From positions 62,001-126,000 of the forward strand of contig VJWM01000173.1 in assembly GCA_010909165.1 (NCBI GenBank): a DNA stretch of 64,000 nt, in the 5' to 3' direction. Source of the DNA: Anthoceros angustus. Taxonomy: Eukaryota > Plantae > Anthocerotophyta. Under the pieces are notes generated by a model. That model searched no databases, had not been told where the DNA came from, and saw only the letters and a list, made by a program, of their open reading frames with translations. Made by a program: the position numbers and the translations under genes. Of the stretch, positions 12,980 to 25,224 are shown piece after piece (the first letter of the stretch is position 1; every line of letters starts with the position of its first letter).

Positions 12980-13207
12980 TCAAAGGGCCTGCTGGACTAC
13001 ATAACGCAGCACGGTGATCCTTGTCCACGCCCACAGCGTGGCTTCAGCCTGCATCCACTGCTGGAGGTACTCAGGCAGTGCCTCCCCCCTTCTCTTGCAC
13101 TCCGTGCACAATGTCGTCAATGCCAGGTGCAGGCGGTACATATCGGGGAGTAAGTCCATGCCCTCAAAGCCCTTCACATAGGCATTGTCCCTCACGACAT
13201 GCAGTTC
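12980..13207 (-). other. Isolated putative terminal exon / gene fragment of unknown origin
   Basis: Acceptor-like ATTTTTGTTCGCCAG precedes an open frame ELHVVRDNAYVKGFEGMDLLPDMYRLHL...VVQQAL*; no partner exons identified. Confidence 0.3.
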
Positions 13208-13499
13208 CTGGCGAACAAAAATTTGTGTATGTGTGTCTTGCCTGCCTATTTAACATGTATGTGTGTTGATGGGATCGAAACCCTACAACCCTAAACAAGA
13301 AAACATGTGCATGACACAATCGGAACACCAGGCGTCTGATCGTGTCATACAAAGTTTTTGCCCCGCATACGAACCTACAGAAATATGGTATGTATTATAC
13401 GTATATTATATACAAGTATCGCATATTTCTATAGCGTACACCAAAAAAAGAAAGTCACACACACGCTCCTCTGTGACCAGATCGGCATTCCATATGTCA

Positions 13500-13952
13500 G
13501 TAGAATGCATAGGAAGGGTGTGAGTAGAATACATGAGGAGGGGTGTGAGTAGAATACGAGGATGTGAGTAGAATACATACGAAGGGTGTGAGTAGAATAC
13601 GAGGATGTGAGTAGAATACATACAAGGGGTGTGAGTAGAATACGTACGAGGGATGTGAGTAGAATATATACGAGGGATGTGAGTAGAATACATACGAGGG
13701 TGTGAGTAGAATACATCCGAGGGGTGTGAGTAGAATACATACGAGGGGTGTGAGTAGAATACATACGAGGGGTGTGAGGGGTGTGAGGGGTGTGAGTAGA
13801 ATACATCCGAGGGGGTGTGAGTAGAATACATCCGAAGGGGTGTGAGTAGAATACATCCGAGGGGTGTGAGTAGAATACATCCGAGGGGTGTGAGTAGAAT
13901 ACATCCGAGGGGGTGTGAGTAGAATACACAAGAGGGGTGTGAGTAGAATACA
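13500..13952. repeat. Minisatellite, unit ~24-28 bp GGGGTGTGAGTAGAATACAT(A/C)CGA
   Basis: About 17 recurrences of GTGAGTAGAATAC. Confidence 0.95.
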
Positions 13953-14148
13953 AATCAATTGTGAACGTAGGATCCGTAGTAGGTAGTATACCTCCCGCAG
14001 CAGAGAAGCACGAGAACGATTATTGATGGATTATGTTACAAGGTATGGGAAACCCAGTGCATCTTCCGTGCAGCCTACACCAATAGGAGAGACGACGTCG
14101 TCCGGATCAAGAGCTAGACCATTTTTCTCCTGCAGCGTCTCCAGGCAT

Positions 14149-14360
14149 CCCGCTAGCTCTGGAAAGACGTAATCAGCTGGCTGGCCCCAAGCCCGCCCGC
14201 TAGCTCTGGAAAGACGTAATCAGCTGGCCCCAAGCCCGCCCGCTAGCTCTGGAAAGACGTAATCAGCTAGCTGGCTCCAAGCCCGCCCGCTAGCTCTGGA
14301 AAGACGTAATCAGCTAGCTAGCTCCAAGCCCGCCCGCTAGCTCTGGAAAGACGTAATCAG
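14149..14360. repeat. 43-47 bp minisatellite (~4.6 copies) just downstream of the UBC stop codon
   Basis: CCCGCTAGCTCTGGAAAGACGTAATCAG starts at 14149, 14196, 14239, 14286 and 14333. Confidence 0.95.
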
Positions 14361-14388
14361 GTGAGGTATGAATGCCTACGGGCCGGCG

Positions 14389-15848
14389 TCACGAGGAGCA
14401 TTCCGTGGACTTGCGCACGCACTGCCTCACCCTCCTGTTTGCACATGATCGGGGTAAGCCACAGTAAGCAGAGAGAGTAACCTAGCCTGTGCAATGAGTG
14501 AGACTCACCTGTTATAGGCTTGCATGTCACTCTGGAACAGCTGAGCAGCTTCTGGGTTCGCAGGGCTTGCCGGATAAGGATCAGTCAGCAGAGACTGCAG
14601 CAACACAAGAGAACAATCAAGGACGCGATCTCTGTTAAAGATTCCCGAGAACCATACAAGCTAAGCCAGGAAAAACCAGCAGATCAGCCAAATTTGACCT
14701 GAATTGAAGTCAGAATCGTGCATATGTTGTGGCAGGGAGACCACGCATCCTGGATTATGTCCATACACAGGGTTCCATCACTGTACACTACACTACATTC
14801 ACCACCATTGCAAAATTGAAGTCAGTCCCCAACTTTGCTGGTTCTACTATCAGCATACCGTGAACAGCACCGCGATACTATGAAGGTAGAAAAGGCAACA
14901 TATCAAACATGAGACTGACTTACCATTCGGGTGAAACACCTCTGAAGTAAACCGGACACGCGGGGGCTTTTCAGGATAGTGATCTCCGAATATTAAGCGC
15001 AACGAAAAAATACCACCTGCTTCCCAAATGTCATGCACGAGTGCAGATGAACAGCATATACCCGAACATTTGCACAGTTCAGGCCTCCAAAGCACAAAGA
15101 CTTCACAGCACCTTCGGCAGGAGCGTCGGTCAGCAGTATTACCTTCCCAAGGAGTCTCGTCTGGCCCGAAAATGGTAGCTCCCCATACGAAAAGATTATC
15201 TTCCCCATGGGGACTCGCACTGCAACCCTGCAGCACCAGCGAAGGGTTAGAAAGAAGAGAAGAGCATACTTCAAACCGCTGATGGCCTCGTACCGAACCG
15301 TTTCAATCCTGACACACTTCAATGGTAAGAGATCATTCCATTTCTTCAATAGGTTACCGCCTAGGAAAACATCAGGGGAAAACAGAAACCAGCCAAGACA
15401 CACGACTTTGCCACTCCTTGGTGACTGCTCCTGTGATGCGAAACTCCTACCCTAGCAGTGGCCTTACTGAATGTAACTACGGCGAGGCAAACTAGAGCAG
15501 TTGCAACTCTAATAAACCGTTAAACCCGGACAAGGTTCCCAACACACCCGGACATCTCTCCTTGCACTTTACAGGTGTTTCAAGCAAACAATCGCATGCC
15601 ACGGTTGCATCACAGGCAGGGGTCACAGACCAAGAACACACGACAGCGGCGCAAATCACCGCAATTACAGATCGCACGCAAGCCTCGCAAGATCTCACCG
15701 ACACAAATTCACGCACCGGCACAACGATCTAAACCAGTCAACATGCGGAGCACAAAAATCTTCCTACCTCGGGCGGCTCCTGATTGATGGCCTTCAAGTC
15801 CGACATAAGCCGAAGCTGCGCAGAAGACATGACGGTCCTGGACGCCAT
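14389..15848 (-). CDS. UBC2: Ubiquitin-conjugating enzyme E2, RAD6/UBC2-like, 159 aa. Exons 15848-15768, 15227-15143, 15016-14924, 14787-14699, 14594-14509, 14434-14389
   Basis: [33 protein letters not shown]...[18 protein letters not shown]...[36 protein letters not shown]...[23 protein letters not shown] motif and catalytic Cys present. All introns GT-AG with consistent phases (480 nt total). Confidence 0.95.
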
Positions 15849-16419
15849 CTTGCAGCAAGAAAGCGAGAGCTCTTCCACCTCCACAGCCACGCCGCAGCCG
15901 GGGACGACTGACCGGCACCGCACCCCCTGCCTCCCCGCTCCCCTTGCAGGAAGCAGGGACGGCGCACGAGATCGGAGCTGCGGCACACGACGGGAGCTCT
16001 CGCACCGGATCCCGCTCCCGCTCCAGATTCAGCGCACAGCTGCGGCGATCGAGCGGGTGAGCGAGCCTGCGGCCGCAGCAGCGAGTGCGCGTGCGCTCTC
16101 CGCGAGAGCAACGGCGACGGCAAGGCGCGACGCAGCGAAAGGAGGCGAAGCGCGAGATCGCGATGCTGAAGCAGCGGAACGCCTACCGCTCCCGAGCTCC
16201 GTGCGAGGGACGTCGAGGGGTCGAGTTCGTGAGTCCGAGCCCGACCTAGTCGGCCTGGGCCAAACCCCAGCCCCCGAGGTCGGAGGTTGGAAGTTGGAAG
16301 CCGTGACCGAGTAGGGCGAATTCGAAGAACCGAGCAAATTGCGATCGTCACGACTCGCCACTGTCTGCCGCACGAATCGTCTGTGCATGTGCGGGGTGCA
16401 TAGTTGCGTGGGGGGCCAG

Positions 16420-16480
16420 AGCCGGGCAGGGACAGGGCAGCGGCCGGGCAGGGGCCGGGCAGGGGCCGGGCAGGGGGCAG
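16420..16480. repeat. Short GC-rich repeat (CCGGGCAGGGG-like, ~5x) upstream of UBC2
   Basis: GCCGGGCAGGGACAGGGCAGCGGCCGGGCAGGGGCCGGGCAGGGGCCGGGCAGGGG. Confidence 0.7.
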
Positions 16481-17067
16481 TCCCTTGCTGACGAGGTATG
16501 GCAAGGACGACGGTGCGAAGCATCATCAGCCATGAGGACGGGCGGCTGCCCACTGCCCCTGGACGTGTCCTTTGGGGAGGGCACTTTGGGCAGGCGCACT
16601 GACGATGGGTAGATGGCAGTATCACTCAAGGCTGCTGCTATTGGTACCTGTTGTCATCCACTTGTACCGTGGAGATTCCTGGGGCACACCTTGCTCTATC
16701 CCACACAGCTTGCCCGGCAACGTCACTCCCTTTTCGGACCTTGTATCACATTTTTTGAAGGCATGCTGTGCTGAGGGTGGATTCACACTAAAACTTTCTT
16801 CGTGTGCGAGTCGGACGAGCGCCTTCTTCTTGTGCGAGTCGGGTTTGAGCGCCTGCCCTTATAGGCTTGTGGTGTGGAGCGGTGTGGTGTGGAGCGGCTT
16901 GGAATAGAGCTTGGTACAAATTATCATGCCGGACAATGATAAGAAGCATATTATTCTTTTTAAATTTATATTAAAGTATATTATTCAGATATTGATATTT
17001 TTTTATTTGTTGATATGTGTAGGGACTTAATGACACCATACTTTTAGGGTTAGCAATACCGTGTGTT

Positions 17068-18180
17068 ATGGAGATCATATCCTCCACCCATGTGAGAATG
17101 ATGATAGGAGTTGTTGCAGCAATGATTCAATTACAGCATAGACGTAAAAGAGACACCAGGTGGAATACACGAACTCAATGGGCTATGGAAAGGAGCCACA
17201 TATTTGGAAACCAAGTACTATCGGCAGCATACAGTGACAACATGTTCAAGCAACGTCTTCGAGAGAACAAGGCCACCTTCCAATACATATGTTCAGCAAT
17301 GGCACCACTACTTGCAAGACACTATACTAATTTTTAGAAGGCAGTGCCAGTGGACAAAAGAGTGGGAATGGCACTCTTCACACTGTCTGGTGGGGAAAGG
17401 TTGTGCACAGCAAGTGATTTGTTTAGGTTCATAAATTCTACATCATGTAAAGCAGCGCTTTTGTTTTGTGATGCTCTAGTTAGTATGTTGTATGACACTT
17501 ACATATCGTGGCCTAACAGGCAGTGAATGGCGCAGATGCAGATGAGTTTGCTAACATCAAAGATATCCCTTTTGTAGTTGGAGCAGTTGATGGGTCACAT
17601 ATTCGTATCATTGGCCCTAAGGTAAACAAGGGTGATTATTATAACCGCAAAGGTTTTTATTCACAACTACTATAATTGACATTGTCTGCCAATTGTATCA
17701 AATTGGACTATGACTTTGGTTGAGTAGGTGGTTCGAACGATTGGAATCTATTCAAACGAAGTCAATTGGGCCAAAAATGTCACTAAGGAAACTTGGGTCA
17801 CTATTGCCTTGTAGGCGATGCTGGCTACTGGCCAAGACTTTTCCTGCTTATACTATTCAGAGACTCAAAGGACGAGTTAAGCCGATTGCAACAACATTGG
17901 AACTATGTTCAAAGCAGCACAACAATGTCTGTGGAACGTGCTTTTGGAATCTTGAAAGCACATTGGCGTTGCTTACTGAAGGGGTTGGATGTGAAGCTTA
18001 TGAATACTCCAAAAATGGTGCAGGCTTGTCTTATTTAACACAATGTGTGCATTGTCCATAGAGGTGCCGTTGATGAAGAATGGCTACACCAAGCAGTGCA
18101 AAGAGTGTGAGGGACTGTGAATGACATAGCTCCCGAAGCAAGCATAACAACACGTCAAAGTTTATTTGAATTACATGGAG
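17068..18180 (+). mobile_element. Degenerate PIF/Harbinger transposase (HARBI1-like DDE), frameshifted
   Basis: MFKQRLRENKATFQYIC, PVDKRVGMALFTL, VVGAVDGSHIRI, DYYNRKGFYS, LVGDAGY and TMSVERAFGILKAHWRCL occur in successive frames. Confidence 0.9.
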
Positions 18181-21029
18181 TCCAGCATATTGGTCAATGT
18201 GGACAAGGGAAGAACTGTAGACTCCCCCTTAGGTAGGTAATGGGCGTGTTTTTTTTGTTTTCCTTAGTGTGTGGCGTGGAAAATAAGGCGGAAAAAGGGA
18301 AATAAGGACGAATGGGCTGGATTACGACGGGCAAGAGGGGCTGAAGGAAGGCTCCGGGTCGGACAACGTCGAGAACTCCGGAGTAGGCTACAAGGAACTC
18401 CAGAGTAAACTCAAGGGCGGACCAAGGTAAGTCCGGTGAAAAAAAAAACTGTGGAGAAGGAGTGGAGCGTAATAGGCAAGCGGGACACGTGGGCGACTGA
18501 GTGGAAGACCGATATGCAATGACCGGGATCAGAGTTGTCAACGGCCGTTATAGTGTAACCACGACCAGGACATGCGCCAAGAAGGCGGCAGCGTGAAGTT
18601 GCGTGACACGGCGTGACAGCGTTATTGGTAGTGAAAGGGCGTCTTCCGCGACATACGCCCGACGCCCGGCTACCGAGAAGACCATTTTCGGCCGATTCTC
18701 GACAGCGAGTTCAGATCGCTTAGACACCCCGCTCTTTGGCGCTTTCTCTTCCGACGTCCGAATGCAACGCCAAGTAACCTTCGTTTTCTTGCGGTGCGTC
18801 CATCCCTCCGGAACTCAGAAGCCTCGCGGAGAGCATCACAGTCCACCATACCTCAGCGGTAGAGCAAGCGGAGCACGAACATGGGACCCAAGAAGCCAGC
18901 AGAGGTCTGGGAGCCCTGGCGCTTAGTGGAGAAAAACATTATGACGAGGCACTACCCGGATGTTGGCCCATGGCTGGCCAAAGTAGAGGAGCTGGTGCAG
19001 GAGTGGCACCTCGACATCTTCCAGGCGGTATGGACCTTCGACAACGTGGCACTGGTCCGAGAATACGCTCGGAAGATGTTGGTGGCGGCGACCAAGGCTG
19101 TCCGCTCCAAGAGCTTGAGGGAGGACCCAAGGAGGTGGAGTGGAGCGTAATAGGCAAGCGGGACACGTGGGCATCGAGTGGAAGACCGACATGCATGGAC
19201 CGGACCCGAGAGTTGTCAACGGTACGTTATAGTGTGTAACCACGACCAAGGACATGCGCCAAGAAGGCGGCAGCGTGAAGTTGCGAGACAATGGCGTGAC
19301 AGCGGTTATTGGTAGTGAAAGGGCGTCTTCCGCGACATACGCCCGACGCCCGGCTACCGAGAAGACCATTTTCCGGCCGACCGACAGCTTCGCAGCCGCC
19401 AGATTTAGACACCCCGCTCTTTGGCGCTTTCCGGGACGTCCGAATGCAACGCCAAGTAACCTTCGCTCATGCGGCGTCCATCCTCCCGAATCAAGCCTCA
19501 TGGAGAGCATCACACCCACCATACCTCGGTAGAGCAAGCGGAGCACGAACATGGGACCCAAGAAGCGCAGAGGTCCTGGGAGCCCCGCGCTTAGTGGAGA
19601 AAAACATTATGACGAGGCACTACCGGATGTTGGCCCATGGTCACAAAGTAGAGGAGTCAGGGAGTGGCACCTCGACATCTTCCAGTGTATGGACCTTCGG
19701 CTAACGCGCAATCGTCCGAGAATACGCTCGGAAGATGTTGGTGGCGGCGACCAAGGCTGTCCGCTCCAAGAGCTTGAGGGAGGACCCAAGGAGGTGGACA
19801 GTGGAGGTCCTTCTGGGCGATTGTAAACCGCCCAGCAGAGGAGGGACGAGGCGTAGTGCCGGAGCCCCTGAAGGTGAAGGGAAGAGTGGAAGCGGCCAAG
19901 GTGGCGCTATTGAGGCCGGGGACGCAGCGGTCCTCCAATGGCTGGCTCATGTCGGACCTACTCCGGACCGACGGGTGAGGGCGGTGGCGAAGATAATCGT
20001 CCATTGGAATATGCTCACCAAGGTAAACTACCTTGGTGATAATTTGCTGGTCTTCCAGCACACCTCCAGAGGGGCAAGAGGGCAGATTGGGGGCGAATTA
20101 ATTATCTTCGCTTGAATAGCTCAGGAGGCGAAGAAGCTGCGCAACGAGAGGCCTCCCCCGTCGGCGCTGTCCCCGTTCATAGTGCATATTTGGGGACATC
20201 TTAATCTCCTGAAGGAAGGAGAGAAGGAACGAGCCCTCCGAAGGGGGCTGGCGACCCTACCGGAGGCGGAGCGAGAAGGAGAAACACAGGGCCAGGACAG
20301 CCGCCCGGCTAAGGGGCAACGCGCCCAGGAGGAAGAAGACTGGGAGGGCATCCCAGGCGCCATCCGTCTGGAGCGGACCCCCTCCCCCCCAAGGGAAGTA
20401 TGGGAAGAGATCCCTCCTTCCCTCCTCATGGTTCCTCCACCGGAGCAGCCGTCCCTGATGATTGCTATGACGGGGATGGAGTTGGTGCTAGTAGCATCAG
20501 CAGCCCCGCAACTTGCTCCGGACCAGGCTGTCGAGCCCCGACGGACCAAAACAGAGACGCGAAAGAGGAAGCAGGCGCCCAACTCCACCACCCTAGTGAC
20601 AGCTCCGGTGCCTTTACCCCTGCCAACGGAGTGGGCGTAATAGGCAAGCGGGACACGTGGGCGCATCTGAGTGGAAGACCGACATGCATGGACCGGGACC
20701 GTAGAGTTGTCAACGGCCGTTATAGGCGTGTAACCACGACCAGGACATGCGCCAAGAAGGCGGCAGCGTGAAGTTGCGTATAATGGCGTGACAGCGGTTA
20801 TTGGTAGTGAAAGGGCGTCTTCCGCGACATATGACGCCGGCTACCGAGAAGACCATTTTCCGATCGATTACGCGCTCGCAGCCAGACTAGACACCCCGCT
20901 CTTTGGCGCTTCTTCCGGGACGTCCAATGCAACGCACGTTTATGCGGTGCGTCCATCCTCCCGAACTTAAGCCTCATGAGAGCATCATCACCCACCATAC
21001 CTCAGCGGTAGAGCAAGCGGAGCACGAAC

Positions 21030-24000
21030 ATGGGACCCAAGAAGCCAGCAGAGGTCTGGGAGCCCTGGCGCTTAGTGGAGAAAAACATTATGACGAGGCA
21101 CTACCCGGATGTTGGCCCATGGCTGGCCAAAGTAGAGGAGCTGGTGCAGGAGTGGCACCTCGACATCTTCCAGGCTGTATGGACCTTCGACAACGTGGCA
21201 CTGGTCCGAGAATACGCTCGGAAGATGTTGGTGGCGGCGACCAAGGCTGTCCGCTCCAAGAGCTTGAGGGAGGACCCAAGGAGGTGGATGGAGGTCCTTC
21301 CGGGCGATTGTAAACCGCGTAGAGGAGGGACGAGGCGAGTGCCGGAGCCCCGAAGGTGAAGGGAAGAGTGGAAGCGGCCAAGGTGGCGCTTATTGAGGCC
21401 GGGACGCAGCCGTCCTCCAATGGTCGGCTCATGTCGGACCTACTCCCGGGGCCGACGGTGAGGCGGTGGCGTAAGATAATCGTCCATTGAATATGCTCAC
21501 CAAGGTAAACTACCCAGGTGATAATTTCAGTCTTCCAAAGACACCTCCGAGGGGCAAGAGGCGATTGGGGCGAATTAATTATCTTCGCTTGAATAGCTCA
21601 GAGGCGAAGAAGCTGCAGAACGAGAGGCCTCCCGTCGGTTGCCGCCCCGCTTCATAGTGCATATTTGGGGACATCTTAATCTCAAGGAAGGAGAGGAAGC
21701 TCGGGGTGGCGATGACTCCCACAGGCGAGCGAGAAGGAGAAACAGGGGCCGTGATGTACCGCTGGCTAAGGAACGCGCCCAGTGAGGAAGAAGATCGGGA
21801 GGGCATCCCGTGCGCCATCCGTCTGGAGCGGACCTCCCCCAAGGGAAGTATGGGAAGAGATCCCTCCTTCCCTCCTCATGGTTCCTCCACCGTCCTCGAT
21901 GATTGCTATGACGGGATGGAGTGCTAGTAGCATCGCCACCGCAAGAACTTGCTCCTGATCAGCCGCCGAGCCCCGACGGACCAAAACAGACGCTGAAGAG
22001 GCGCGCCAACTCCACCACCCTAGGAGCCTCCGGCAGCCTTTACCCCTGCCAACGGAGTGGGCAGAGGTAGAAGAGGCTGTGAGAAGGGCGGAACGAGACG
22101 CCGCCCAGGGCGCAGGGGGCCATTGGCAGCAACCCCACCTGGAGGCGGTCCTCTCTCCTACGAGGAGAGGAAAGTGGCAGCTCCCGGACTCCTTCGTCCA
22201 CCGGACCCCAAGCGGAGACGTGCGGAGAAAGAATTGGTTGCGAAGCGGGCCAAGGAGGTCGACGGACCTGCTCCGGACGGACAAGACCCAAGGGTTCTGA
22301 TTGGGTCCGGAGTACCCAACCTAGACTCACTCCGGTCGGCGGTATAGCGGTCCTTAACAAACCGGGAGATGCTGCGTCATCGGCAGGCTTCTTGGAAGCA
22401 TCACCGATGGTGGCGTGGAAAATAAGGCGGAAAAAGGGAAATAAGGACGAATGGGCTGGATTACGACGGGCAAGAGGGGTCAAGGAAGGAGAGAAGACCT
22501 GTGAAGTGGAGGCCACCGGAGGCGAATGGTGAACCCGTGGTCAAACCTGAGGCACAGCCGGAAGAAGGGGAGTCCCCGCCGTAATTGAGGAGGAGAAGCG
22601 CCGAACGGCAGAGACAAAGGCAAAGTCCGCCCAGCAGGACAAGGCTAGGGTGCTCCAGCTGTGCGAGCAGCTGAAGCAAGCCCAGGAGGCTCAGGCGCAG
22701 GCAAAGGACCTGAGCCAGCAAAGGGAAGGAGCAAGGGAAGCTGCGGAGGGAGCACGCACGTGGGGGGAGGAAGCCAGGGAGCTAGCGGAGACTGCAAGGC
22801 GGGAGCAGAGCCAGGCGTTGGAGGCTCAGCTGAAGGGGGCCGGAGAAGCGGAGGCCACTGCCAAGACCGATCGGGACCACTACCGCCGGGACCGGAATCG
22901 CTGGAGGGAGGCGGGCGAGAAGGAGCAAGGGAAGGAGCAAGGGAAGGAGCAAGGGAAGGAGCAAGGGAAGGAGCAAGCGCACACGACCCATGGTGAGGAG
23001 ATGGAAGTGCGGGTGAGAGAGCTAGGAGATCTCCGGCTGCAGCTTTAGGAGGTGGAAGGGGCGTGCCAAGAGATGGAAGGGCAGAACGAGACCTTGGAGT
23101 TGCGACTCCATGTGGTAGAAGAAAGGAATGGACTCCTCCAAGGGCAGATCGAGGACCATGAGCGGGAGATAGAGAGGCTCCAACTCTGCCTGAGAGTGGA
23201 GGAAGGCCGTCGGTGCAGTAAGGAGCAAGACATCGCTGAGCTTGAAAGAGAGCTGGTTGATGCCCGACGTTTGGCGAAGCTCCCCGGACGACTAGAGCAG
23301 GATATGGCGGTCCTAAGTAAGAAGATGGCGGATCAGGACGGGGCGCAGAAGGAGGAGCAAAAGCTGTTGATCCGCCTGCGAAAGGCGAAGGCAGAACTCC
23401 GGACCATGGCGGAGAAGTTGGCGGGGTTGCAAAGGGAGCAGGAGGCGCAGCACACCAACGAGAAGCAGTGGCTCCAAGAGTTAGCGGAAGCCTCCTTAAC
23501 GGCTTCTCGAGATGCGGCTAGGGCCAGGTTGGACAACCTGGCGATGGAAACGGCGCAGCATGCGACTAGGCACGCCCAACTACTAGAGAATCTCTGGAGG
23601 CGGGAATATAGAGTGTGCTTCGAGCCCATGTGGAGAAGGCCATTCAACATGTCGACTCAAACTTCGCCTCATATCACGCGGAGCTCCTGAAAGCGGTGGG
23701 AGCAGTTCACCAAGCCGCTGAGGTCGCGGGACCGCCAGAGGAGTCGGAGGGGACCTAGAAAGAAGAAGGTCTCAGGAAGAGCGCAGCTGCGGGAAATCTG
23801 GGCGCCTTGTTCAGTGACAAGAGCAACAATGAGGAAGGCCAGGAGGATGGGAGGCGACCAGAGGAAGACGGAGGGGCAGCAGCGACAAGGCCAGAGGTAG
23901 GTCCATTGCACCCGACGCCCGACGTGGGGGGTGTAGAGGAGAGAGCTTCGGAGGCGGGGGTAGAGGAAAGAGCTTCGGAGGAGAGAAGCTTGGAGAGGGA

Positions 24001-24271
24001 GGAGGAGATGACGCAGGGGGATGGAGGAACCCAGGGAGCGGGTCCAGACGGGGAAGCCAGGCCATCGGGAGAGGCTCCGGACTTCGAAGTCCGGAAGCCT
24101 GAGAAGGTCTCGAGTCCAATGGTCCGGACTCAGGAGAAGAGAACGGACCCAGCGGTCCGGACTCAGGAGGAGAGGACTGACCCAGCGGTCCGGACTCCGG
24201 AGGAGATGACGGACCTAGAGGTCCGGACTCACGCAGGGGGAACGAACCCAGTAGTTACGGACCACAGGTGA
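21030..24271 (+). pseudogene. Retrotransposon accessory ORF (N-terminal globular domain, Pro/Gly linker, long coiled coil with KEQG repeats, acidic tail), broken by indels
   Basis: ORF pieces 21030-21359, 22057-22347, 22650-23048, 23052-23690 and 23807-24271 are colinear with homologous pieces on the minus-strand elements. Confidence 0.7.
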
Positions 24272-24507
24272 GGCGGGGTGGTTGGGGACCGAGCTTCACC
24301 ACTGGGAAGCACCTGACTGGGACGGATCTAAGGGATGGGGTCCCACCAGTAGCCGAGGGGACGGAGGAGTACTTAATAGTAATAAAGAATTGTCATCACC
24401 TCCGTTTTTGACAGATTAAAGGTATAGGGGAAGAGCCTCCGCGGGATTCCGGGGGTCAAGGATCATCGAATTTGGTGCTCGGTGCTAGAGTGGGATTAGC
24501 CGGCCGG

Positions 24508-24925
24508 TGTCGTAATCAACTCAACAGCCGTACGTAGAAACCCCGGAAGGAAGGGCCACTTGCTCGTGCCTAGTGAGCTGGCCATAGCCCGAATTAGGAG
24601 TGTAATAAAGGCGCTACCTCATGACGTAGTATAAGAGCGAGGTTGCCATTCCAGTAAAGGGATCTTTCTACGGTTGTCGCGTTGCATTTGCGGATCTTTG
24701 TGTGTCCAGTGCTAATGCGAGTCTCGAGTCACCGAGCGGGCGGACTACTCTGGAGAGTCTGATCCAGGTTCTAGTGACGAACCCTAACGCGTGGTGGTGA
24801 GTGCAGGTGTGGAGGACTCGGGACCCCTGCTCTTCTAGGGCGGGAGCTCACGGCGGGGCGACGTAGTTAACCGGAACTCGTGAGGCGTGTAGAGCTGGGC
24901 GGACGACTAGGAACGCGGCGGGGTT
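24508..24925 (+). repeat. Probable LTR of the plus-strand element (end approximate)
   Basis: Starts TGTCG after a G-rich stretch. GTGTAATAAAG...TATAAGAG (24630)...AGTAAAG.ATCTTTCT is shared with the minus-strand LTRs. Confidence 0.55.
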
Positions 24926-25224
24926 ACCTCCCCGTCCCGGCCCGGTCTCCCGTCTGCCGTGTGTCTGATTGGTTTTGACTTCTCATCTTTGATGCTGGTA
25001 TGCTTGCCCCTCCGAGGACGTTGAGTTTGTGGTTGCTGATTGGTGGTAAGGTCTGTGAAGCTAGGAGAAAGGGTTGAATTTGGAGGTGGCAAGAGGCATG
25101 GAGAAAGACATGAAACTAGGAGGAGGTATATATGAAGCTAGGAGGAGGCATGGAACTTGAAGATGGTAGAGGCACTCTAGTAAGAAGAAGTGGCTCACTT
25201 ATGGCAGAGAACTTAGGTTGCCTT

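Larger units (their letters stand above)
18215..24925 (+). mobile_element. 5'-truncated Ty3/gypsy (Athila/Tat-like) element: 3' accessory region with internal reiterations plus 3' LTR
   Basis: Protein and DNA similarity to the reverse complement of ~50000-54000 (WHLDxFQxVxTFDNV, VRSKxLREDPRRW, VRAVAxIIVHWN); no gag/pol recognised in this copy. Confidence 0.85.

Noticed and set aside
13406-13958. Three overlapping 140-175 aa ORFs with MYSTHTP/CILLTP repeats
   Set aside because: All three minus-strand frames are open only because the minisatellite lacks stops on that strand; no coding signal
15709-16629. Long ORFs (176-236 aa) upstream of UBC2
   Set aside because: GC-rich promoter/5'-UTR with open frames on both strands and no recognisable domain
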